DNA of 62,776 nucleotides, the filler included, from Chiloscyllium plagiosum (lineage: Eukaryota), in assembly GCF_004010195.1 (NCBI RefSeq). It is 4 parts of one record of this genome, joined end to end, with 100 filler letters (N's around TTAATTAATTAA, not from the genome) between each part and the next. Parts side by side here need not be neighbours in the genome. Positions count along the whole stretch, not along the records: positions 48,035 to 56,834 come from NC_057716.1; positions 56,935 to 62,776 come from NC_057716.1; 2 more parts are not named here. The stretch is one strand, 5' to 3'. The notes beneath the pieces were generated by a model that searched no databases, was not told the DNA's origin, and was given only the letters and a program-made list of their open reading frames with translations. Of this stretch, positions 51,878 through 62,776 are shown one piece after another. Made by a program: the position numbers and the translations under genes. Every line of letters begins with the position of its first letter. Position 1 is the first letter of the stretch.

Positions 51878-53925
51878 TGTTTGGTGTGAAGGTAAAATTG
51901 GCAAGGTGGCCCAAGCTTGGCTAACAAGGGAAATTATGGATAGTGTTAGATCCAAGGAAGAGATATACAAGTTGTCCAAAAAAAGCAGCAGACCTGGATT
52001 GGGAGCAGATTCCATTTCAGCAAAGGAGTACAAAGGTACAATTGCAAGAAAACACATACTGATTGTAAAAACTTCTATAGGCATGTGAAGAGAAAAAGAA
52101 TACTGAAGACATGTAGTTCCCTTACAATCAGAAACAGAGGAAGATTATTCTGGGGGACAAAGAGATGGCAGAACAATTAAATCCAAATTTTAGTAGACAA
52201 AAATAAGATTCTAAAACTGTTAGAAATGCAGCATCTAATGAGAAGGAGAAACTGAAGGAAATTATTATTAGTAGGGAAATAGTGTTGGAGAAATTGGTAC
52301 AATTAAAAGCTGAAAAATCCTGATAATCTACATCCTGAAGCACTTAAGGAAGTGGTAATAGAAATAGTAAATGCATTGGTGATCTTTCAAGATTCTGTGG
52401 ACTCAAACAGCTTCAATGGAATAGAGAGTAGTTAATGAATCTCACTATAGAAAATAGGAAGTAGACAGGGCTTTCAGAAGTCTTTCAATAAGGTCCCATA
52501 AAAGAGACTAGCTTGAAAAATTAAAGCACATGGGATTGAGTTAGTGTACTAATATAGATAGAGAACTGATTGGCAGACAGAAAAAATAAGTAAGAACAAA
52601 TGGATCTTTTTTCTGCGTGTCAGGCAGTGACAAGTGCAGTGTTGCAATGATCACTGTTAGAAGCCAAACTATGCACAACATATATTCATGATCTAAATGA
52701 GGTATTTAAATGCATCTCCAAGTTTGTAGATGACAAAAAGCTGGGTGGGAGGGTGAACTATGATGAGGATGCAGAGATGCTTCAGTGTGGTTTGGACAAG
52801 TTGAGTGAGTGGAGCTAATATATGGCAGAGTAAATATAATGAGGATAAATATGATGCTGTCCACTTTGGTAACAAAATAAGGAAGGCAGATTATCAGATT
52901 ATTATCTGAATGAAGACAGATTGGGAAAGGTGGGAGGTTGCAATGAAATTTCGGTGCCTAGGTAGACCAGTTACTGAAAAGAAGCATGCAGATATAGGAG
53001 GGGGTGAAGAAGGCAAATTTATCTAGGCCTTCATAGCAAGAGGATTTTGAGTACAGGAGCAGGGCTGTCTTGCTGCAATTGTACAGGACCTTGGTGAGGT
53101 CACATTTGAAATACTGATTGCAATTTGGTTTCCTTGTCTGGCTACTGAGGAAGTGTAACAAGTTTTTAGTAGGCTGATCCATGGGATGGTAGAACTGATA
53201 TATGAAGAGAGACTGGATTAGTTAGGTCTATATTCACTGGAGTTAAGAATGAGGGAGTTCTCATGGAAATCTGTGAAACTCTAAAAGGACTAGACACAGG
53301 GTAAACACAGGAAGGACGTTCCAGATCTCAGGGGAATCCAGTACCATGGTCACAATTCAGTATTGTACGGAGATATTTTCTTCACTTAAAGAGTGGTGAG
53401 TCTGTGGAATACCCTACTGTAGAAAGCAGTTGAGGCCAAAACATTAAATGCTTCCAAGAAGTGGAGGTGCCGGTGTTGGATTGGGGTGGACAAGATCAGA
53501 AATCACACAACACCATGTTATAGTCCAATAGGTTTATTTGAAATCACAAGCTTTTGGAGCGCTGCTCCCACATCAGGTGGAGTGAAGAGAAGCACACAGG
53601 CATAGAATTTATAGGCAGAGTGTCAACACTCCACTCACACCAACTGTACAATCTTTTGATCTCTCTGCCTATAAATTTCTATGCCTATGTATTTCGTTTC
53701 ACTCCACCTGATGAAGGAGCATGCTCTGAAAGCTTGTGATTTTAAATAAACCTGTTGGACTATAACTTGGTTTTGTGGGACTTCTGACTGCTTTCAAGAC
53801 GTTAGATATAGTTCTTAATGCTAAAGGGGTCAAAGTGTATGGGGAGGAAGCAGGGACAGGATACTGAGATGGATGATCAACCATAATTATACTGAATGGT
53901 GGAACTGGGCCTGAAATGCTGAATG
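51878..53925 (+). mobile_element. Degraded CR1 ORF2 and 3'UTR
   Basis: ISKFVDDKKLG (~52715), LYRTLVR.HL.Y and a CR1 3'UTR; interrupted at 53463-53790. Confidence 0.85.
53463..53790. mobile_element. Fold-back PLE-derived element (type D) with two opposed hammerhead motifs
   Basis: Inverted arms ~53500-53620 and ~53660-53785; cac-CTGATGA-aggagc-at-gctct-GAAAGCTT-gtg at 53705-53738. Confidence 0.8.
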
Positions 53926-53927
53926 AG

Positions 53928-54016
53928 GTAAAAACAATGACTGCAGATGCTGGAAACCAGATTCTGGATTAGTGGTGCTGGAAGAGCACAGCAGTTCAGG
54001 CAGCATCCAAGGAGCT
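53928..54016 (-). mobile_element. PLE terminal-repeat fragment (type A)
   Basis: Reverse complement of 34914-35002. Confidence 0.75.
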
Positions 54017-54059
54017 TTTGCTGATCCTAATTTTTCTGTTTCTTTATCCTTCCTACTTA

Positions 54060-54560
54060 ACAACAATGGCTTGCAGTTATATAGTGCATGAAAAGTCCCA
54101 AACCGTTTCACAGGGATGTTATCAAACAAAAATTGACAACAAGCCACAATCTAATCTAATCTAATCTAAATAAGGAGATATTAGCATAGGAACCTCAAGT
54201 TTGGTTGAATGAGTAGATTTTAAGGAATGTTTATAAAGGGAGGAAAGTGGAAGGCTAACAAAGGAATGTAGTTGAATAGACTTATTTGAGGAAAAGGCAA
54301 GCGAAGACAAGAAATGGGAAATATTATCGAGGTAGGAGTAGTCATTCTTGATGATGGAGCGGATATGTAATTGGAAACAAGTCTTAGAGTCAAATATGAT
54401 GGGAATAGTTTGGTTCAAGCTTAACAACAGAGAAAAGGCTGCTCTAGGTGGTTAGGTAAATAGACAGTTAAATTTACAGAGGGTATCTAAATATATCTTT
54501 GGTTTTCTCAAATCTTAGTTGGAAAAAGTTCTGCTTACAGAGGATTGGATGTTGGAATCA
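54060..54560 (-). mobile_element. Old L2-like LINE/SINE 3' end containing an (AATCT)n microsatellite
   Basis: ttgcagttatatagtgc...gtcccaaaccgtttcacagg resembles L2-type tails; (AATCT)4 at 54148-54167. Confidence 0.5.
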
Positions 54561-54671
54561 TAATAAATCAAATAAGTACTTATAGTAGGTCACTTCAGCA
54601 AAATTATTTTTGTACATAGTAATTTTGAGTAAACTAATCAATAATAGTCAATTGTGTTCTAACAACAGGGC

Positions 54672-55452
54672 TGGTCATAGAGTCATGGAGTTTTACAACA
54701 CGGAAACAGACCCTTCAGACTCTTCTACACTGAAAGATATCCTAAACTGATCTAAGCCCATTTGCCAACATTTGGCCCATATCACTCCTGTTCATGTATC
54801 CACCCAGCTGCCTTCTAAAAGCCACAATTGTATCCACCTGCACAACCTCCTCTGGTAGTGCGTACCATACACGCACCACCCTCTGCATGAAAAAGGTGCC
54901 CGTCAGGTCCTTTTTAAATCTTTCCTCTCTCACCTTAAACCTATGTCCCGAGATAAAGACCTTGGCTATTCACCCTATCCATGCCCCTCATGAGTTTATA
55001 AACCTCAATACAGTCACCCCTCAGCCTCCAACACACCAGGCAAAAAAGCCCAAGCTTATTCAGTCTCTCCTATAGTTTAAACCTTCCAATCCCAACATCA
55101 TCCTTGGAAATCTTTTCTGAACCTTTTCAAGTTTCACAAAATTTTTCCTATAACAGGGAGACCTGAACTGAATACAGTATTCTAAGAGTGGCCTCACTAA
55201 TGTCCTGTACAGGTGCAAGTTGACATCCCAACTTCTCTATTCAACCCACTGACCAATGAAGGCAAGCATGCCAAAAGCCTTCTTCACCACCCTTTCTGCC
55301 TGTGACTCCACTGCCAAGGAACTATGCACTTATACCCTTGGGTCTCTTTGTTCAGCAACTCTGCCCAGGGGCCTGCCATTAACTGTATATGTCCTGCCCT
55401 GGTTTGCCTTATCAAAATGCAACACCTCACATTTATCAAAACTAACGTTCCA
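54672..55452 (-). mobile_element. CR1 3' fragment
   Basis: FFMQRVVRVWYALPEEVV; tail gtcatagagtcat. Confidence 0.88.
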
Positions 55453-56419
55453 TTATAGTCTTCCATAACATATAATAGTGCATAACATATTATATATAGT
55501 TATAAATATTATATACAATTTTATATGTTAATAATGTAGACAATATACAATAGATAATCGTTTGTACAACATAAATATTTCCATTAATAGGTTGACCAGT
55601 TTAATTTCAAAAATGTACTTAAGTGTCCAATATTTAACCATGCCTTACTATTGCCATTTTGATTATATACTTTCAGTTCTGAAGACCAGACATACTAGAC
55701 TCAAAATATTAGCTCTGTTTCACTTCCACAGATGCTGCCAGACCTTCTGAGCTTTTCCAGCATTCTATGTTTGATTCATGGGTTGCAAATGCAGGCAAAA
55801 GGGCTTTCTGTCGCTTGCAATTGAGAGGCTCTGTCAGCCTTCAAAGTTCTAAAGATGTAATTTCATCCTGTCCTTCAAATTCTGAAGTTTACCTTTCACT
55901 CAATTCAGTTTGTCCACCCACCTTTGTTCCTGGTCCTGGTAGCAGCACAAAATTTCACCCAATGTGTGTGAAGTCATTACTAATTAGCAACAAAAGCCAA
56001 AAGAATGTTTATTCTTTTACAACTTTGATGGAGCGATGGCAAAACATTACTTTACCAACATTTTAATCTTAGCATTCTTTTTGATTTGGATGTTCAGCAT
56101 TTACAAATAATTTTATTGCAAGTAGTTCTGGACAAAAATGGTCAAGCAATCCAAAAAAATGTGATAACAATTTAGAAACTGCCTGTGTTTTCCTCAGTTA
56201 GCTCCTGGCGTAATTCTTGTCTATAAGCCTGCCAGATTTATAAAAAGGTTTTGTCAGCCCTCAACTCCGAACTTCATATCATTGGCAGTCCCTTGCAGAC
56301 AAATGTGACTATTTTCTACCCTCAGGGTCAGTTCCTAGATGGCTGTACAGATCGATACCACTACCACTGGTTCTGTTACACTTGGAGAAGGTGGTGGAAA
56401 TGGGAAGGGATGGGTGACC

Positions 56420-56572
56420 TCTTGATGTGGAAGCGCGCTCCTTATGCTGTTTTCGCCTCACTTCCATTGTTTCCTGATGGCAAGTCTCGAGGTGCTCAAC
56501 AACTTCCCAGATGCTTCTCCCCCACTTTTGGGCGGTCTTGTGCTAGTGATTCCCAGGTGTCTGTGGGAATTC
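56420..56572 (-). mobile_element. RTE-clade LINE C-terminal fragment
   Basis: Reverse translation IPTDTWESLAQDRPK (W..LA.DR motif). Confidence 0.65.
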
Positions 56573-56834
56573 CACAACTCTCACAGGTGAACACAGAGCT
56601 CCTTAACATAATAATTGACACATTCCCTCAAGATAATTCATAATTTATGGAACTAGTCTCAGCACTAGGCTGGTTACACTTTGGAAGTTGCAACACACTC
56701 CAGATTAATCATTAGGAGACTCAATATTCAAACTGAAGGAAAATGCACAATAGGTGCACTTGTTTTATCAATTTCCAGAATTATGGCTGTTTAAGTAATG
56801 CGAATAAGAGAATTTAATAACATGCCCATCTTAA

Positions 56835-56934
56835 NNNNNNNNNNNNNNNNNNNNNNNNNNNNNNNNNNNNNNNNNNNNTTAATTAATTAANNNNNNNNNN
56901 NNNNNNNNNNNNNNNNNNNNNNNNNNNNNNNNNN
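56835..56934. other. Artificial 100-bp scaffold join
   Basis: 44N-TTAATTAATTAA-44N. Confidence 0.95.
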
Positions 56935-57390
56935 TCCAGTTCCCTAACGCGTTCTGTGAGGAGCAGGAGCTGACTGCATTTCCTGCAGATGAAGTCGGCA
57001 GGAGTATCAGTGGTCACCCCTACCTCAAACATCCTGCAGGAGGAACATTCCACTGCCTGCGCTGCCATTACTCTACACTTAGTCTCCAAAACAAGAACAC
57101 TGAGTAGCTTACCTGTGGACTTTAAAGTTAGGTTAGAGGAGGAGGATGGGAGGGAGGCCCTACCATGTAGTGCCTGGAGTCTAGAACACACCCACTCAAA
57201 TATCAATCACTTACCTTCCCGACTAGCTCTGCGCTCCAACTTCACTTCCGCCCAGCTCGTGCCGCTGTCTGCTGTGAAAAGACCGTTGGCGTCGAGGTAA
57301 TTTCTTAAAAATCAATCACTTACCTTCCCGACTAGCTCTGCGCTCCAACTTCACTTCCGCCCAGCTCGCGCCGCTGTCTGCTGTGAAAAA
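56935..57390 (-). mobile_element. 5' end of a young CR1: tandem 5'UTR monomers plus ORF1 N-terminal Cys motif
   Basis: MAAQAVECSSCRMFEV...FICRKCSQLLLLTERVREL; ~79-bp direct repeats at 57202 and 57311. Confidence 0.8.
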
Positions 57391-57414
57391 AAAAGAAAAA
57401 AAAAATCATCCAGG

Positions 57415-57800
57415 TCATCCTCTTGATGGGCACCACATCACAAACATTCATTCACTGGACCACTGATGCTAAGCAGGAGCAGTATGGATCTACAAGATGC
57501 ATTCCAAAAACTTTCCAAGGCTTACCATCTAGAAGGACAAGCAGCCTAGACATGACAACACCAACGTCTGAAAGTTTCCCTCTAAGCCACTCACCATCCT
57601 GAATTGGAAATATATCAATGCTCCTTTAGTGTTCCTGGGTCAAAATCCTGGAATTCCATCATTAATGGCATCATGGGTCTACCAACACAAAACAAACTTC
57701 AGCAATTCAAGGGAGCAGCACACCACGATCTTCTCAGGGGCAAATAGGAATTGACAATTAATGCTGACCTGCCAGTGATGCTTACATTCCAAGGTTCTAT
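57415..57800 (+). mobile_element. LINE 3' fragment (clade uncertain)
   Basis: ccactcaccatcctg...tggaattcc...caccacgatcttctcagggg; an inverted homologue lies at ~59225-59365. Confidence 0.55.
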
Positions 57801-58261
57801 AGTTTAACACCAATGTCAAGTTTAACAATGATTGAAAAAGGAGCTGGGATTGGTTGCACATTTCAAACATATCCCCATGGAGTAACAATTATTCTTTGGG
57901 ATTTTGTCTCAGGCAATCCCTTAAATAAACAGAGACATAGCTCCTGACTACATAATTGTACTGTTTGAGATTTTCAAGTTGAAGGGCTTATCAGAGGCCT
58001 TCCAGCTGGAGAGAAGCAGTAGAACGAACTAGTGGGTAAGTAGAGAAAGAATCCTTCTGCAGCTAGAACACTGCTGTTTGGGGAAATCCTCCAAATGCTG
58101 GCCTTTAGCTGCAGCCATACTCAGGCAGACCGACAGAACCACAAGCCTGACTGGACCACTCCATTCAAACTTTCCAGTCAATGCCGAGACTCCAGGCAAC
58201 TAACCATCCCCATGTCCCATTGGAAACTTGGAGGCTAATTGAAAAATGCTAGTAACCTTCT

Positions 58262-60320
58262 TTAGACCACAAGATATGGGAGCAGAATTGGATCACTTGG
58301 CCCACAAAATCTGCTCTGCCATCCAATCATGGCTGATTTGTTTCTAAAGCCCATTCTCCCTAGAGACTTGACTCCCTTACTAAAGAAGAATCTACCACCA
58401 TCTTCAATTCACTCAATGACTGCCTCCACAGTTTTCTGCAGCAATGAGTTCCACAGATTCACCACATCTGGCTGAAGAAACTCCCCCTCTCTCTGTTCTA
58501 AAGGGTCATCTCTTCACTGAGAGTGTGCCCTTGGGTCCTGGCTCTCCTTCTAATAAAAGCAAAACCTTCTCCACATCTGCTCTGTCCAGGCCACTTAGTA
58601 TTCTCTAAGTTTCAATGAGATTACCCCTCATCCTTCTAAATTCCAAGTACAGACCCAGAGTCCTTAACTGCTCCTGATATGACAATCTCTTCATCCCTGG
58701 GATTGTTCTTATAAACCTTCATAGGACCCATCAAAGACCAGCTCATCCTCCCTTAGGTACTGGGCCCAAATCTGCTCACAATGTTCCAAACATGGTCTGA
58801 CCAGAAGTATACAACCTCAGAAGTATATCTTGTATTCTAGCTGTCTTGAAATGAATGTTAACATTGCATTTTCCTTCCCAACTGAACTTGCATGTTAACC
58901 ATAAGAGAATCCCAACTAGGACTCCTAAGCCTCTTTGTGCTTCAGATTTCTGAAACCTTTCCCCATTTAGAAAATACTCACGTATCCATTCTTTATACCA
59001 AAGTACCCAACCTCATATTTACCCACATTGTATTCCATCTGCCACATCTTTGTATGTCCAAGTCCTTCTGCAGCCCCCGCCTCCTTAACACTACCTTTCC
59101 CTCCACCATTGTTTCATCTGCAAACTTAGCACAAATGCTGGCCCCTGCAAAGCTCTACAAATCACCAACTGAAAAAAACCCTTTCATTCCCACACTCTGC
59201 TTTCTGCAAGTCAGACAATCCTTTATATTTATTCCCCATTCCAGCTGCCCTTGAGAAGGTGGTGGTAAGCTGTCCTCTTGAACCACTGCAGGCCAGGTAA
59301 TGTAGGTTGATCCACAATGCTCTTTGGGGATAGATTTCCAGGATTTTGACCCATCACTGGCCAGAAATCTTACTTTCTCCTTTACCTTGATTTTATAGTT
59401 TTCCATGCAACTTACTATTTAGGTTAAACCGCCATGGACAGCCCTAGTGATGTGATTCACGAGGACTCTGGTCCTGGCATGATTCAGGTGAAGCCCATCC
59501 AATTGAAACAACTCCCTCCTTCCCCAGTGCCAATATACCAATCTTTAAGCCACCAATTTACCTTTTCAATTTTGTTGACATTGTGCCAATTAGCATATGC
59601 TAAGATGCTAGCATACCCAGAGATTATCACCTTTGTGATTCTGCCTTTTAATTTCAGCCCCTAGGTGTTCAAATTCCCTCAGCAGTACCTTTTTCCACTT
59701 ACATAATTGGTACTTTTATTGACCACAAGAACAGGATCTTTCCCCTCCCATTCCAAGTCCCTTTGCAGCCAAGAAGAGATATCCTGAATCCAGGCAGCAG
59801 ACATGCACCACAGCCTTCAGGACTTTCTGGCCGCAGAGAACATTCTGCAGTCCTCTGACTATATTATCTTCAATCACAACTACATTTCTCTTTTCTCCAC
59901 CAGTTTGAATGGCTCCTTGTAACATGTTGCAATGGTCAGTTGCTCACTTCCCTACACCCTCTGCTCTCATCCATATGAGGAACAAGAATCTCACACCTGT
60001 TAGGCAAGCTTAAGGGCTGAGCCTCCTTTAACACTACCTCATGGATCCTTCTACCTGCCTCACTCATAGTCAAACCCTCCTGTCCTTGACCACCGACTGA
60101 ATTTGCAATAGTTCATGTAAAGGGTACAACTGCCTCCTGAAATATGACATTAACATAATTCTTCCCCTTCCTGATGCGTCACAGTGTTCAAAGCTCAGGC
60201 TCCATATCACCAATTCTGAGCTGGGGTTCATCAAGCAGTCAACACTTGTTACAGATGTTGTCACTATGGGCAACAATGGGATCCACGAGCTCTCACATCA
60301 TGTGGATACAACACATTACA
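58262..60320 (-). mobile_element. CR1 fragments (3' ORF2 at 58262-59220; ORF1 region ~59400-60320)
   Basis: Reverse-strand CR1 3'UTR and KFADET; ORF1 SGNH start VVVIEDNIVRG. Confidence 0.75.
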
Positions 60321-60692
60321 TCTTTATTTAATTACTGTTATGAAGGTGGAGAGGTCCTGTACCCTTAAGAGAGTTGAAAAGCTAGCAAGGCTTGACTGAC
60401 ACAGCACAAAGTGTTCTGATCAAGGTAGCATGATAACATTTGGTTGAAACAGCTAGCAGTAGCTGGGTTGCCATGAGAAAAAAAAATTCAAATTCAGTCA
60501 ATCAGTTCAAATTATGCCCCAAGATACTAAACTACAATCAAGTTTGAATTTATTATTTTGATAAGATTAAAACCAATGAAACTATCTGATATTTTGGGGT
60601 ATAAAACCAGACATTTTGAACAGTTGAGAACTGCCATGGAGACTGCTAGCTCAAGAGCTCTCTGAAAGGTACCTGTCTGTGGAAGGAGTTTG

Positions 60693-61276
60693 TGCAGCAG
60701 GTCAGGCAGCATCCGAGGAGCAGGAGAATCGGCATTTCAGGCATAAGCCCTTCTTCAGGAATGAGGAGGGTGTGCCAAGCAGGCTAAGATAAAAGGTAGG
60801 GAGGAGAGACTTGGGGGAGGGGCATTGGGAATGTGACAGGTGGAAGGAGGTTAAGGTGAGGGTGATAGGCCGGAGAGGGAGTGGGGGTGGAGAGGTCAGG
60901 AAGAAGATTGCAGGTCAAGAGGGTGGTGCTGAATCCTGGGGTTGGGTCAGGTCCACACCCCCCACCAATCCCACCTTCACTCCCAGCACCTTCCCATGCA
61001 ACCGCAAGAAGTGCAAACCTTGTACCCACACCTCCCCCCTCACCTCCCTCCAAGGCAACCTCCTTCCACCTATCGCATTCCCAATGCCCCTCCCCCAAGT
61101 CCCTCCTCCCTACCTTTTATCTTAGCCTGCTTGGCACACCTTCCTCATTCCTGAAGAAGGGCTTATGTCCGAAACGTCGATTCTTCTGCTCCTTGGATGC
61201 TGCCTGACCTGCTGCGCTTTTCCAGCAAGACATTTTTCTGCTCTGATCTCTATCATCTGCAGTCCTCACTTTCTCC
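60693..61276. mobile_element. Inverted PLE terminal-repeat pair (type A) with hammerhead at 61151-61178
   Basis: 16-bp TSD CTGTGGAAGGAGTTTG at 60677-60692 and 61277-61292; ~150-bp inverted arms; spacer encodes PLE-like TFPCNRKKCKPC. Confidence 0.9.
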
Positions 61277-62044
61277 CTGTGGAAGGAGTTTGCACAGCAG
61301 AATATCAAAGCTGACCTGGAGAGAATCTACAGAGGAAAATCTGCAAAGTAGATTTGGCTAAGCTGGCTGCATTTTGAAAAGTGATTTTTTTTTTGTAAAT
61401 CTTAATCGGGATTCTTTATCTGATTAATACTGTAGAATGGGAGGTAAAGGATAGATTTAAGAGAAAGAAGTTGTAAATAGCTTCTGGTTTTGGTTTTAAT
61501 ATTCTCTGTTGGACTTAAAGAATAAAGTTGATAATTGTTACTTTCAGTAGTGACATTTGGGATAGTTCTTTGCCTCTCAAATTTTAACAGGTTACAGCAC
61601 GGGGTGAATCTTTTCTGTGTTGCTGGTTTAAATTAGTGTGTGGGGGGGGGGTTACCTCATGTTGTAACATTACTTACTTCTCAATTGCTTTTTAAAAATA
61701 TTTCCCATTTGCTTTAGTTTGTAATCTGCAAATACTTCTCCAATTTACCTTCAATCCGACAGAAATCTATAATAGATAGTCAAATTGGCAATTATCAATA
61801 TGTTTATAGATTTCCTTTGTTGTCACTCTTTGTGCTTAGCCCCTTATTCTGTGCTTCAATTAATGCTGTTTAAAAAAACCTACAAACTATGAGCACCAAA
61901 AAAAAACCGCTGTCTTCCTCTCATCACTCAAATTCCCATGCTACCTCCAAAGTCCCCCAATGTATATTCACTCAAGCACTGTCTCATGCCAGCTGTGATC
62001 TCCCCTCCTTGACCATGGAAGTTTATTGATTGTGTACTTTCAAC

Positions 62045-62306
62045 AGGCCCTCATCACTAGTGTCCCTGCTGACTTCACCTGCGAGAAGTGCACCCAACTC
62101 CAGCTCTTCACAGATCGCAATAGGGTAACTGGAGCTGGAGCCGGATGATCATTCGGGAGACTGAGGGGTTAATAGAGAGAGGCTATAGAGAGATGGCCAT
62201 ACCTAGGTTACAGGAAAAAGGTAGCTGTGTGACCGTCAGGTGAGGGAAAGGGAATAGGCAGACAAATTCAGAGATCCCCTGTGGCCGTTTCCCTCAATGA
62301 TAAGTA
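62045..62306 (+). mobile_element. CR1 ORF1 fragment
   Basis: VPADFTCEKCTQLQLFTDR, homologous to the ORF1 at 56935-57066. Confidence 0.75.
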
Positions 62307-62776
62307 CAGAGGACCTCGATTATCTGAATATCAATTATCTGAATTTTGGATTATCCGAAGAAGATCTCAAGGTCCCAATAAAAACATTACATCAAAGAGA
62401 CATTTCTAACACTGATTGCATCTTTTGTTTACAATGATTAAAAACGAACGCGGCTTACTGAAATGCTGCCAAGAATTGTCCTGGACATTGATGGGAGCGC
62501 AGGTACCGTCTCCAAATGACTGACCTTCTGCCTTCCCTCTCTCTCCCCACACATTCTCTGGAGTACTACACAGGGAGTGTACCCTAAACTCCCCACTTCC
62601 CCAGATAATCTCTGTAACATTGTCATGTACAGGGCAAAGATGGAATTTGTTAAAAGGTTGTAGTAAAACGTTGTGTGTGTGTGTACGCGCGCTACTTTGA
62701 GACACCCCTACAAAGACAGCAGCTGTCTTACTGTTGGTGTCCAGTTGGGGGTGGGGGGGTGGGCATGGACAGGGGG
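62307..62776. mobile_element. Probable Tc1/mariner-pogo (Tigger-like) DNA transposon end
   Basis: TA followed by CAGAGGACCTCGATTATCTGAA, with three ATTATC(T/C)GAA subterminal repeats; inserted in the CR1 ORF1 fragment; the other end is not in the window. Confidence 0.6.

Noticed and set aside
51302..52088. Long ORFs (179-263 aa) here and at 29927-30812
   Set aside because: Their length comes from runs of N; the flanks are TE fragments.

Overview
Vertebrate genomic DNA, most likely an elasmobranch (inferred from HE1-type SINEs and the CR1/Penelope repeat content). The only recognisable gene is glutamate decarboxylase 1 (GAD1/GAD67) on the + strand. Eleven coding exons (ATG 8672 to 26931, 1184 nt) all have GT-AG boundaries and splice in frame. 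I could not find the remaining exons, including the PLP-binding NPHK exon, in the last ~36 kb. The promoter and 5' half of the gene lie in an ~18 kb CpG-retaining, repeat-poor domain. The rest is a nested mosaic of CR1, L2 and RTE LINEs, HE1 SINEs, a Gypsy relic, DNA-transposon relics, a 34-bp minisatellite and many Penelope-like elements (PLEs). The most notable hidden structure is that four sequence types of PLE terminal repeat carry minimal hammerhead-ribozyme motifs, several in small inverted-repeat cassettes with 13-16 bp target-site duplications (TSDs). There is also a candidate antisense exon pair at ~49.4-50.9 kb. Three 100-bp N/TTAATTAATTAA joins are assembly artefacts, so contiguity after 28.2 kb is uncertain. 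No prokaryotic systems are present.
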